From a virus, in the IMG/VR virus record IMGVR_UViG_3300020392_000004: a stretch of 64,000 nt of DNA. One strand, given 5' to 3'. The notes beneath the pieces were generated by a model, which did not search any database, had not been told where the DNA came from, and saw nothing but the letters and a program-made list of their open reading frames with translations. Positions 46,974 to 55,921 of the stretch are shown piece by piece. Every line of letters starts with the position of its first letter. The stretch's first letter is position 1. A program made the position numbers and the translations under genes.

Positions 46974-49031
46974 TTAGGAGTATAGAATCCATAAATCACC
47001 AACTGCTCCGTCTGAACCCGTAGGTGCAGAAGTTGACTGATAAATGTTTCTTGCAGTTCCACCGTTATTTGTTGCATTCGTAATTGTGACTGCACCAGTA
47101 TTAACTGCACTTGGTGTAATTGTTAAATTACCTGTAGATGCACCTGTAAATGAACCTGTTCCAAATGTGATTGCATCTGCACTTTCGTCCCAACCAATAA
47201 ACACATTGTCTGAACTTCCTCTCTCAATGACTAAACCTGCGTCATTTGAAGGTGAACCTGATGTTCCATTTCCTAATTCTATCAATGCATCTGATATTGT
47301 TGTGTTGGTTGAACTAACTGTTGAAGTTGTTCCGTTAACTGTTAAGTTTCCTGAAAGTGTTAAGTTTCCAAATTGAACATTACTGTTTGTTGCAACTGCC
47401 TGACCGATACTAACTTCACCTGAACTGATTGAAACACCAGTTCCACCACTGATATGAGCTCTTACTTCTGAAGCACTTGGGCCAGTATATGTAATTACAC
47501 CTGTAGAGTTATTATATGCTAATCCACCGTCTCCACCTGAATCTGTGACCGATATCGCTTGTCTTGCATTTGCATCTGCATATTGTGTTATTGAAGTTGC
47601 AACTGTTAAAGTATTACTTGCATCGTCATATGTTGTTGTGATACCTGTTCCTTCTTGTATCAATGCATTTACTCTATCGTCAACTCTTTCGTTTGTAAAA
47701 TATAAATTAGAAGAACCTTCTGATAATGCATCTGTATTTGCAAGAACTGAACCACCCAATGAAGTTGCAGAACCACCAATTGTTATACTGGAGTTTGCTA
47801 ACATTGAATTTAAAATTACACCTGAACCGATTGAAAAGTCTAAAGTTCCGTCTCCGTCTTCGTATGTGACTGCAATACCAGTTTCAGTATTAGATGATAC
47901 CATTCCACCAACAATATCTTGAACTCTTTCAGTAGTCATATAGAGATTACTTGACCCTTCTCCGATATCGTCTGTATCTAATGTAAGTGTATTTCCTAAT
48001 GCAACTGTGTTTGAATTTAATGTAATTGAACTATTTGCAAGTTTTGCGTTTGCAATTGAACCAGCAAGTTTATCGTTTGCAATTGAACCTGCTAACATGG
48101 CATTTGTTATACCACTTGCTTTTACTTGAACTGTATCAGAATCTATCTCTAAAGAACTATCATCTACTTGAACATTAAGTGTGACATCTCCTGATGTTCC
48201 ACCACCTGTTAGACCATTACCAGCAACTACTGATTCTATGTCACCAGCGTCATTTGTAAATGATATAACACCAGTTGAACTATTGTATGATAAGTCACCA
48301 CTAGCACTGATTGCACTTCTTGCTCTTGCATTTGTAAAATATTGATTTGTTGAACCTTCTGTTAGTGAATCTGTGTTCTCTGCACCACCGAGTATAACTG
48401 AATTACCCATTCCACTGTGGTTTGAACAATAGAAATACATAGGGTTATTTGATTCTTGGTCAAATGCAACTTCTGTATATGAACCACTTGAGCCTGGAGT
48501 TCCTACTTTATTATAAATTGAATAACCGTCTGTCATTTCTGAACCGTCTGCTGATTCAGAGAATCTTAATGGGTGTGAAGCGTTTGAACTATCTGACTGG
48601 TCAAATCTATAAACTACATTTGGAGTTAGTCTTAAAGGTTGTGAGGACGATTGACCGTCAAATGCATACTTATTACCACCGTCACTTATAACTGTGACAA
48701 CTACTCTATGATAATAAGGTGCAGTAGTATTGTTTAGTTGTTGTTCTACATCTAGTGTGACGGTTCCACTGGTTCCACCACCATCTAGGTTTGTTCCAGC
48801 TGTGACTCCTGTTATATCTCCAACTTGACCGTTGATAGTAAGAGTTCCAGCAGAATCATCATATGATAATGATACTCCTGTTCCAGCTGTTAGTAAAGAA
48901 TTTACTTGGTCGTCTATCTTTTCTAGGGCTGCAGTTCCGAATGCAGCTGCAGTTAAATCACCTGAACTGTCTAATACTTCGGTATCCCCTACGGATAGAC
49001 CATTTTTAATTTTAAAGTTTACATCTGCCAT
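46974..49031 (-). CDS. Tail fibre protein with cupredoxin-like insert
   Basis: TD.L.EGS.N.YFT..R repeats, GNLTVNGT, YRFDQSD...HP...YCSNHSGMG, C-terminal SAPTG....GDLW. Confidence 0.8.
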   Translation of the reverse strand: MADVNFKIKNGLSVGDTEVLDSSGDLTAAAFGTAALEKIDDQVNSLLTAGTGVSLSYDDSAGTLTINGQVGDITGVTAGTNLDGGGTSGTVTLDVEQQLNNTTAPYYHRVVVTVISDGGNKYAFDGQSSSQPLRLTPNVVYRFDQSDSSNASHPLRFSESADGSEMTDGYSIYNKVGTPGSSGSYTEVAFDQESNNPMYFYCSNHSGMGNSVILGGAENTDSLTEGSTNQYFTNARARSAISASGDLSYNSSTGVISFTNDAGDIESVVAGNGLTGGGTSGDVTLNVQVDDSSLEIDSDTVQVKASGITNAMLAGSIANDKLAGSIANAKLANSSITLNSNTVALGNTLTLDTDDIGEGSSNLYMTTERVQDIVGGMVSSNTETGIAVTYEDGDGTLDFSIGSGVILNSMLANSSITIGGSATSLGGSVLANTDALSEGSSNLYFTNERVDDRVNALIQEGTGITTTYDDASNTLTVATSITQYADANARQAISVTDSGGDGGLAYNNSTGVITYTGPSASEVRAHISGGTGVSISSGEVSIGQAVATNSNVQFGNLTLSGNLTVNGTTSTVSSTNTTISDALIELGNGTSGSPSNDAGLVIERGSSDNVFIGWDESADAITFGTGSFTGASTGNLTITPSAVNTGAVTITNATNNGGTARNIYQSTSAPTGSDGAVGDLWILYS

Positions 49032-49291
49032 TAGAATGAGCCTCCATTAACTGTTGGCAAACTTAATTCTCCATTTGAAGAATTGTATGATAAATTAGTT
49101 TCTCCACTTGCAAGTGAGATTGCACCTCTTGCTCTTGCATTCGTGAAATATTGATTTGTCGAACCTTCTGAAAGATTATCTGTGTCTAGTGTGCTTATTG
49201 CACTTGCTTGTAATTTACCCGAACTATTGATTATTTCAGTTGACCCGACACTGATACCATATTCTATAACAAAATTATTTGTAGTTGCCAT
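49031..49291 (-). CDS. Small virion/fibre protein, paralogous to segments of 46974-49031
   Basis: TDNLSEGSTNQYFTNARAR shared; ends NGGSF. Confidence 0.7.
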   Translation of the reverse strand: MATTNNFVIEYGISVGSTEIINSSGKLQASAISTLDTDNLSEGSTNQYFTNARARGAISLASGETNLSYNSSNGELSLPTVNGGSF

Positions 49292-49361
49292 TTAGTGTCC
49301 TCAATTTAAGTTTTACAAGATTATTTATGAGAATGAGGTCTCTAAAGAAAAAAGAAATATG

Positions 49362-49388
49362 AAAAAAAGGGGGTCGATTGACCCCCTT
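49362..49388 (-). terminator. Rho-independent terminator
   Basis: AAGGGGGTC-AATC-GACCCCCTTTTTTT. Confidence 0.9.
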
Positions 49389-49392
49389 AAGA

Positions 49393-49803
49393 TTATGCGT
49401 CTACCACTGTCCTATCAAATTTTATTACTGTAGAATTTGTAGAAGCAGGAGTGCATAGTAGTCTTACATTTGAACCACTAATGTCTGCGTCAAATGAAGC
49501 AAGTGTAGTATCTTTAAGTATACCATACTGCGTGATTGTCACAGTTGACCCGTCATGAATCAACATTATTTCAGTAGAATGGAAATTAGTCCCTTCTGAC
49601 ATTGCGACGATATATCTTGCAGCCCTAAAGCTTGCATGTGCAAATGTATCAAGACTAAATTGAGAAGTAGAAGTTTTAGTATCACTTCCTTTCTTTGTAT
49701 TTTTATCTTGAGTTGGTTTGCTTGTTTTAATTACATCGTCTGTCGAATCATACTCTATATGACGGATAAGTTCTGCAAGTTTGAAAGCGTTAGTTATTGC
49801 CAT
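49393..49803 (-). CDS. Virion structural protein
   Basis: LDTF....FRAARY, HSTEIMLIHDG, QYG, SGSNVRL domain typical of marine myophage structural proteins. Confidence 0.7.
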   Translation of the reverse strand: MAITNAFKLAELIRHIEYDSTDDVIKTSKPTQDKNTKKGSDTKTSTSQFSLDTFAHASFRAARYIVAMSEGTNFHSTEIMLIHDGSTVTITQYGILKDTTLASFDADISGSNVRLLCTPASTNSTVIKFDRTVVDA

Positions 49804-49813
49804 TTATATCCCC

Positions 49814-50641
49814 CTATGTAAGTCTGATTTGGAATGTATCCACTGTAGTATTAGTATTAACTGGAGTTATGAGTAATCTCATGTTTCCTGAATTAATATC
49901 TGAACTCAATGAAAACAAACTGGAACTTGAAATCACATCACCGTATTGAACGAAATATGAATTACTTCCATTGTTTACTAATAATACTTCACAAGCATGT
50001 GTGCCTGCAGAAGCATGTGTTGCGACTATCACATACTTGATTGCCTTGTTGGCAGTCCCGTTTGATGATAATACTTGGTTTGCAGTTGTTGCTGTGAATG
50101 AACTTTCTGTATAGTTCCCTTGAACTAAATCAGTTGCAGTCACGGATACAACTTCAACTACATCTCCACTTATAGCATTCTGTGCCAAAGTGACGGTTGT
50201 TGAATTTGTAGCGGTATAGTCTGTTCCTGCGTCAACTAGTTTAACACCGTTGAGGTAAACTTGTTCACTCCCTACTGTGTAGGCAAGTGCGTTTCCGTCA
50301 TCGTCATTACCAGTTATTGCAGTAGTATTAGAGGTTATAGTATATTTAAAGATAGATATACCAGCTCCACTACTTGCAGCTCCGAAACTTAATGTTCCTG
50401 AACCGTCTGTTTTTAGAACTTGACCACTAGAACCGTCAGCGGTTGGAAAAGAATATGCATCATTAACAGTTAATGTAGTTGGGTTAGACCCAATCTGAAC
50501 TATAGCTGCACTTCCATCATTTTTCTCTGTATACATTCTACCATGGTAGGTATTGATTGCAACTTCCCCAAGTGCTAAATCACTTGTTGAAGGAACATCA
50601 TTTTGAGTCGATGAACGCTTAAACTGTATAACTGTAGCCAT
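49814..50641 (-). CDS. Virion structural / fibre protein
   Basis: IQFKRSS..P...L..GE.AINT N-terminus; VYLNGVKL...DYTA domain; C-terminal domain paralogous to 49393-49803. Confidence 0.7.
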   Translation of the reverse strand: MATVIQFKRSSTQNDVPSTSDLALGEVAINTYHGRMYTEKNDGSAAIVQIGSNPTTLTVNDAYSFPTADGSSGQVLKTDGSGTLSFGAASSGAGISIFKYTITSNTTAITGNDDDGNALAYTVGSEQVYLNGVKLVDAGTDYTATNSTTVTLAQNAISGDVVEVVSVTATDLVQGNYTESSFTATTANQVLSSNGTANKAIKYVIVATHASAGTHACEVLLVNNGSNSYFVQYGDVISSSSLFSLSSDINSGNMRLLITPVNTNTTVDTFQIRLT

Positions 50642-50667
50642 ATCGTTTTCCTCCTATAAACGGTTAA

Positions 50668-52104
50668 TTAAAATGTTCCGCCGTCAATAGCAGTTATCGA
50701 TACTGCACCACTTGAAACTGTGAAGTTTGCAGAAGCAAAACTTGCAACACCTTTATTAGTTGTTGTTGCATCTTCACCAGCTATTGTGATACTCCCGTCT
50801 GCATTAGTCACATCGATACCTTCACCAGCAGTTAGAGTTCCAGCTGCAAAGTCACCGTTAGAACCGTGACCAATTAACAACTGACCTGCTGTTGGAGCAG
50901 AACCGTCTACGCTTGTGATTGAACCTGATAGTGCAAGACCTGTTGCTTCTAATCCACCGAAGACTGCATCTAATGCTGTTCCCGAGAATGTTGAAGAAGA
51001 GTCTGTTGCACTTCCTAATGCTATGAATTTACCTGTTGAATCATCGAAACCGAAGAAACCAACTTTTGCACCTGAACTGTTGTATTTGAATTTAATACCT
51101 CTGTCTAGGTTGTCGTCTGAACTATCGTCACCAATTTCAAAAACTGGGTCAGCAATACTAACTGTTGTAGAGTTAACTGTAGTAGTTGTTCCACTTACTG
51201 TTAGGTTTCCTGCGATAGTGACATTATCAGGTAAACCGATTGTGACGGTGTTTCCTGAACCTGATGTCTCAATTTCGTTTGCTGTTCCAGCAAAGACCAT
51301 AGTTTCACTATCTAAATCAATAGATAATGCACCACCTGAATCGGCTTGGAAATCCAAGTCTTGAGCAGTGTCCTGTGAATCTACATAATCTTTTACTGCA
51401 GCTGATGTTGGTAAAGTAGTATCGTTGTCGTTTGAACCAATACCTTCTGATTCTGTGACAAATACTGCGTCTGCAATCTTTGCTAATGTGATTGCGTCAT
51501 CTGCAACCATTGCTGTTTCCACAGCACCCGTTGCAATTGTTAATGCACCGTTAGATGCAAGTGTAGCGTCTCCTGATATTGAAACATTATCAAATGAGTC
51601 TGAACCATCGTGAACAAGAATTTGTCCTGATGAAGGCCCAGAAATATCTGTATCTGTTGCACCAGCAAGAGTCGATGTTGTCGATGTAAACGATAGGTTT
51701 CCACTTCCGTCTGTTCCCAAAACTTGTCCATTAGAACCGTCTGCGCCCGGCAAGGTTAATGTCACATTTGAAGCCACACTGTTAGGTGCTTTCAATGCAA
51801 CATAATGTGAACCGTTATCTGAATCTTCTAATAACTGAATCTCAGCTCCCTGCGTTGCACTATTACCAACTTTAAAGTTGGCTGGTGTTGCAGTTGAACC
51901 TGATAAAATATCAGTAAAGTATTTACCACCGATTGCATGAATCAATGGTGTTGAATTATCAGAATCTACGGATTCTATGTAAAGTTTTGCTCCAGCACCC
52001 GAATTAGACCTATCTTGCACATAAGCTAATTCACCTTCAGCTAAATCACTAACTGCTGGTGCTGATACTCCTGTGCTTCGTTTAATTTGAATTACTGTTG
52101 CCAT
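50668..52104 (-). CDS. Tail fibre protein
   Basis: IQIKRS...[38 protein letters not shown]-terminal IDGGTF. Confidence 0.75.
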   Translation of the reverse strand: MATVIQIKRSTGVSAPAVSDLAEGELAYVQDRSNSGAGAKLYIESVDSDNSTPLIHAIGGKYFTDILSGSTATPANFKVGNSATQGAEIQLLEDSDNGSHYVALKAPNSVASNVTLTLPGADGSNGQVLGTDGSGNLSFTSTTSTLAGATDTDISGPSSGQILVHDGSDSFDNVSISGDATLASNGALTIATGAVETAMVADDAITLAKIADAVFVTESEGIGSNDNDTTLPTSAAVKDYVDSQDTAQDLDFQADSGGALSIDLDSETMVFAGTANEIETSGSGNTVTIGLPDNVTIAGNLTVSGTTTTVNSTTVSIADPVFEIGDDSSDDNLDRGIKFKYNSSGAKVGFFGFDDSTGKFIALGSATDSSSTFSGTALDAVFGGLEATGLALSGSITSVDGSAPTAGQLLIGHGSNGDFAAGTLTAGEGIDVTNADGSITIAGEDATTTNKGVASFASANFTVSSGAVSITAIDGGTF

Positions 52105-52244
52105 TTTTTTCTCCTGAAAAAATAGTTGTCTATTATATTAAAAATTTGCAAATTTTTCTCTGCACTATTCGAGAAAGATTATAATATATCAATCCTCTCA
52201 CAATGAGGGTCGTGTCTCACTGAATGACACCTTGATTGTATAAG

Positions 52245-52252
52245 TATTTATA
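52245..52252 (-). promoter_or_regulatory. Late promoter TATAAATA ahead of a ~135-nt structured leader
   Basis: Exact consensus. Confidence 0.8.
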
Positions 52253-52255
52253 CTT

Positions 52256-52468
52256 TTAGAATGTTCCGCCGTCCAAAACATTAGTGGTTTCCCACTTGTC
52301 TGTAGAAGCGTTATATTGTAGAACTCCTTTGTCGTTTTCTGAAGCATCGACATCTGAAAGTTCATTTATAGATTTTGTTGATAAGTTCACCGTATCGGTA
52401 TTACCGATTGCGACTTGTTTTGCTCTGATATTACTATTGTTTAGTATTCTTGCTTTAACTGTTGCCAT
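52256..52468 (-). CDS. Small virion protein
   Basis: LSDVD...GVLQYN....KW, LDGGTF. Confidence 0.7.
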   Translation of the reverse strand: MATVKARILNNSNIRAKQVAIGNTDTVNLSTKSINELSDVDASENDKGVLQYNASTDKWETTNVLDGGTF

Positions 52469-52470
52469 AT

Positions 52471-52803
52471 TTACCTCGTCACGCCTGGGGTCACTGTTGC
52501 TTGTCCTTCGACAACTCTAGTCTTTTGACCACCTGAACTATTTATATTTAGGTCATATACATACCGACCTGCTTCTAAATTCGTAGTTTCAGAATCGGTC
52601 AAACTTAAAGTCACTTGTCCTGATGCAGCTGCAATACTTGTTGTGAATGTTGCAGATATTGCTGAAGAAGCATAAGTTTTTCTAATTTGTGCAGCTGCAG
52701 AATATCCCGTAAGATTTAATGCTGTCCCAGCTGCATCAGTCACATCTACTGTGATAGAAAAGTCTGTTCCTTGGTCAATGAATAAGTTTGCAATAATAGC
52801 CAT
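52471..52803 (-). CDS. Virion structural protein (BppU-N-like Ig fold)
   Basis: NLFIDQGTDF, NLTGY...AQIRK, GRYVYD, RVVEG...VTPGVT; late promoter at 52809-52816. Confidence 0.75.
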   Translation of the reverse strand: MAIIANLFIDQGTDFSITVDVTDAAGTALNLTGYSAAAQIRKTYASSAISATFTTSIAAASGQVTLSLTDSETTNLEAGRYVYDLNINSSGGQKTRVVEGQATVTPGVTR

Positions 52804-52823
52804 AAAACTATTTATATATTTTA

Positions 52824-54419
52824 TTATCCCTCGCCAGAGATATATGGTGTTTGTCCACCGTCACCTTCACTTCCTTTTTGGAATTGTGCGTTTGGAACTG
52901 CTTGGTGTATCTTTTCTATACCTTGAGGTGCATGGACATATACCTCTTGTGCTTTTGCAACTACACCTTGGTTATTTACAAAGACACCTTTTACTTTTGC
53001 AACAGCTCCAACTGGTCTAGTTGTAGTGTATGGTTGTCTAGCAATATACGGAGAACTGTAAATATACGGTTGTGGTTGTTGGTGTATATAAGGAAATGGT
53101 TGTCTTCCTGTTGCACTACTCGTGACTTGTTGAGTTCTCTGAACAGAATATTGAGAAGGTGATTGATAATCATATGTAAAAGGACTTCTTGCATCTGCAA
53201 TATAAGGATATGGATTTTGTTTATCTCTTATATTAGGTTGTTGTATAGAAGCAGGATTATTATAAATCGAAGGTGATTGATAATCATATGTAAATGGTGT
53301 TTGACCTGTTCTTTGATATTCAGAAGGTGACTGATAATCATATGTGCTTGGTTGTTGGTATTGATATATTACTGGTTGTCTTGCATCCTTAATAGTTGGT
53401 TGTTGTCCCTGTCTTGCCTCTGCATATGGTGAGTTATATTCATATGTGCTTGGTGACCTATTTGGTTGTCGAGAAATATAAGGTTGTTGTGTTTCGAATG
53501 TTGGTGTTCTCCCCTGTCGAGAATATGTAAATGGTGACTGTGTCTGTGCTTGTGCTTGGCCTGGGATTTGGTAAGCGTGGTCTTCCCCTGAAAAGGGGTT
53601 AAAATAAAATGTTGTATTTTGAGCCTGTGTAATATATGGAACAGGTTGACCACCATTTGCAATATACGGATACGGATTTTGTGTCGATATTGCTTGAAAG
53701 GAACTTGGAGACCGTTTACTAGCATTTGGGATAGATGTTTGATATTGATATATGGCAAAGCCTGGAGAATCATCATCAAAGAAACGCCCTGGCGCCTGTG
53801 GAAACGGAGAAGATTGATAAGTTCCGAGATTCGGTTGTTGGTGTTGGTATATAACAGGATTTTGAACATTATGTGGTTGTGATACTCCCGCCTGTGCAAT
53901 TGGTCTCTGTGCATTAAAAGAAGATTGAACACTTGTTTGTTTGTTTCTAATTACTGGTTGTGTAAATTGTCCAATATAAGGAAATGGTGATTGATAATCA
54001 TATGTAAAAGGACTCTGTTTACTTACATCTTGTTTAGTAGTTTGTTTATTTCTTATATTCGGCTCTTGTGCGCTTGCAATATATGGATATGGTTGTTGTG
54101 CGCTTCTTATAAAAGGGTTCTGTCCTTGAGTTGAATTCTGATATGTAAACGGAGACTGATAATCATATGTGCTTGGTTGTTGACCCTGTCTTGCATATGT
54201 AAAAGGTTGTTGTGCGTCCTTAATAGTTGGTTGTTGATTCTGTGCTTGGTGGACATAGAAAGCAGGACTTTGGTAAATGAAAGGATATGGTTGTTGTCCT
54301 TGTCTATTTACTGAAACCTGTGTTATTCTTTGTGTTGTTTCAAAAGCTTGATATGCAACTTGACCCTGATAGGGTTGTTGGATTTGTGTCCCTTGATTTA
54401 TGTATATTTCATCAGCCAT
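52824..54419 (-). CDS. Gln/Pro/Tyr-rich repeat protein with internal mirror symmetry
   Basis: Same unit vocabulary (QEPNIRNK, QQPYPYIASA, QSPFTYDY, QSPSEYQRTG) as 44537-46947. Confidence 0.85.
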   Translation of the reverse strand: MADEIYINQGTQIQQPYQGQVAYQAFETTQRITQVSVNRQGQQPYPFIYQSPAFYVHQAQNQQPTIKDAQQPFTYARQGQQPSTYDYQSPFTYQNSTQGQNPFIRSAQQPYPYIASAQEPNIRNKQTTKQDVSKQSPFTYDYQSPFPYIGQFTQPVIRNKQTSVQSSFNAQRPIAQAGVSQPHNVQNPVIYQHQQPNLGTYQSSPFPQAPGRFFDDDSPGFAIYQYQTSIPNASKRSPSSFQAISTQNPYPYIANGGQPVPYITQAQNTTFYFNPFSGEDHAYQIPGQAQAQTQSPFTYSRQGRTPTFETQQPYISRQPNRSPSTYEYNSPYAEARQGQQPTIKDARQPVIYQYQQPSTYDYQSPSEYQRTGQTPFTYDYQSPSIYNNPASIQQPNIRDKQNPYPYIADARSPFTYDYQSPSQYSVQRTQQVTSSATGRQPFPYIHQQPQPYIYSSPYIARQPYTTTRPVGAVAKVKGVFVNNQGVVAKAQEVYVHAPQGIEKIHQAVPNAQFQKGSEGDGGQTPYISGEG

Positions 54420-54420
54420 A

Positions 54421-55719
54421 TCATGTCACAAACCATAAGTGACCGACACTAGTTGACCCAACACCTGTCGGTGCAGAAGACACTACCTCATAATCTAATT
54501 CGACATCGTCACCATCGATTTTCACTCCGTTAGATGTATTTACACTGAATGAACCTGAACCACTTAATGCAAGTCCAGCTCCACCACTTAAGTATGATTG
54601 AACATCTGAATCACCATATTGTGCAGAACCATTTATAGTTAGGGTATTATTTGCATCGTTATATGACAAAGATATACCTGTTCCACCGATTAAACCTTCA
54701 CCACCTGTAGTAGTTCCTGATAGATAATCTAATACTCTCTCTCCTGTAAAATAGAGATTAGTTCCACCCTCTGTGACTGTATCCGAGGTTTGTTGATTAG
54801 TTGGAACATATTTACTTGAAGAAGAATTATATACTAATATCTGTCCGTCTGTTGGTGAAGTAGTATCAACATCACTTAAATCTGTTATTTGGTGATTTGT
54901 AATACTTGATACTGTTCCAGTCAATGCACCTGTTGAGGCGTCTAATACAACTGAACCACCATGTTTAACATCACCAGTAATATCACCAGTGACATTACCT
55001 GTTAAATTACCAACCAATGCACTAGAAGTTATAGAACTAAATCCTGTTCCCACTCCACCTGTTATTGTTGCAGTTCCGTCTGTTATAGAAGGTGATTCAA
55101 AAGTATGTCCTGTATCGATTTTAACATCACCATTAATGAAAGTATTACCTTCATTTTGAATTTGATATCCTGATTGTAATGAAGTGGCTGCAGTTAGAGT
55201 TCCATTTAGAATTACTCCTGCTGAATTAGTATTGTAGATTGTGTTCGAAGCAGTCTCGGTAAACTTACCTCCACCGCCACCACCGTCAGCAGCGACTCCA
55301 CTTTCAGAACCAGTGTATGAATATATTGTTATGACATCATTAGCACTTGTTGCAGCGTTTATTAGTAATCCACTATTAAAAACATCACCAGAGCTTATTG
55401 CAGAAAAACCTGCTGTTCCTGACCCACCCTCGATTAGGTGATTACCATTTAAGTAAACTTGTATTTTACCTTGTCTATATTTTAAAACATTTCCATTTTG
55501 GTCTGGCCCTGAAAAAGTCACCTGGCCTGCGGTTGCAACATATTCAAATTGTTGAAAGAAGAATGTTTTATCTTCGATTACATTTATTGCATCTACTATA
55601 GTATTTGGACTTTTTAATGAGCCTCTTAAACCTGTAAGGCTCCCCACTTCATTTACAAGTGTGTTGTATGAACCTCTAAATTCATTTAGAGTTTGATTTT
55701 CATTTATTGTATTAGCCAT
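54421..55719 (-). CDS. Tail fibre protein
   Basis: TLNEFR..YN N-terminus, VYLNG domain, GNLTGNVTG, LSDVD...DGQILVYN, C-terminal SAPTG....GHLWFV. Confidence 0.75.
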   Translation of the reverse strand: MANTINENQTLNEFRGSYNTLVNEVGSLTGLRGSLKSPNTIVDAINVIEDKTFFFQQFEYVATAGQVTFSGPDQNGNVLKYRQGKIQVYLNGNHLIEGGSGTAGFSAISSGDVFNSGLLINAATSANDVITIYSYTGSESGVAADGGGGGGKFTETASNTIYNTNSAGVILNGTLTAATSLQSGYQIQNEGNTFINGDVKIDTGHTFESPSITDGTATITGGVGTGFSSITSSALVGNLTGNVTGDITGDVKHGGSVVLDASTGALTGTVSSITNHQITDLSDVDTTSPTDGQILVYNSSSSKYVPTNQQTSDTVTEGGTNLYFTGERVLDYLSGTTTGGEGLIGGTGISLSYNDANNTLTINGSAQYGDSDVQSYLSGGAGLALSGSGSFSVNTSNGVKIDGDDVELDYEVVSSAPTGVGSTSVGHLWFVT

Positions 55720-55921
55720 GTGTTTTCTCTATAAGTTCCTTCAATAAACCTTTTATATCACTCAATTCATCTTTTAGATTATTTATGTCTTCTCTCTGAT
55801 TTCTCATAATTTGTCTTCTTCTCATTGTAAGACGATATTGTTCAACATCAGTATTAATGATTGCATGAGACTCTTCGTCTCTAACTAAATGTGAATGTCC
55901 TTCTACTTTTAAATCTGCCAT
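55712..55921 (-). CDS. Conserved hypothetical T4-like phage protein
   Basis: KVEGHSHLVRD..S.AIINTD plus C-terminal coiled coil. Confidence 0.75.
   Translation of the reverse strand: MADLKVEGHSHLVRDEESHAIINTDVEQYRLTMRRRQIMRNQREDINNLKDELSDIKGLLKELIEKTHG

Noticed and set aside
44537-54419. Diversity-generating retroelement acting on the fibre genes
   Set aside because: No reverse transcriptase and no TR/VR pair with adenine-specific mismatches was seen in the window.
44537-54419. Q/N/Y-rich repeat proteins as substrates of the CsgG channel
   Set aside because: They lack signal peptides, are Pro-punctuated (unfavourable for amyloid), and sit among tail-fibre genes.
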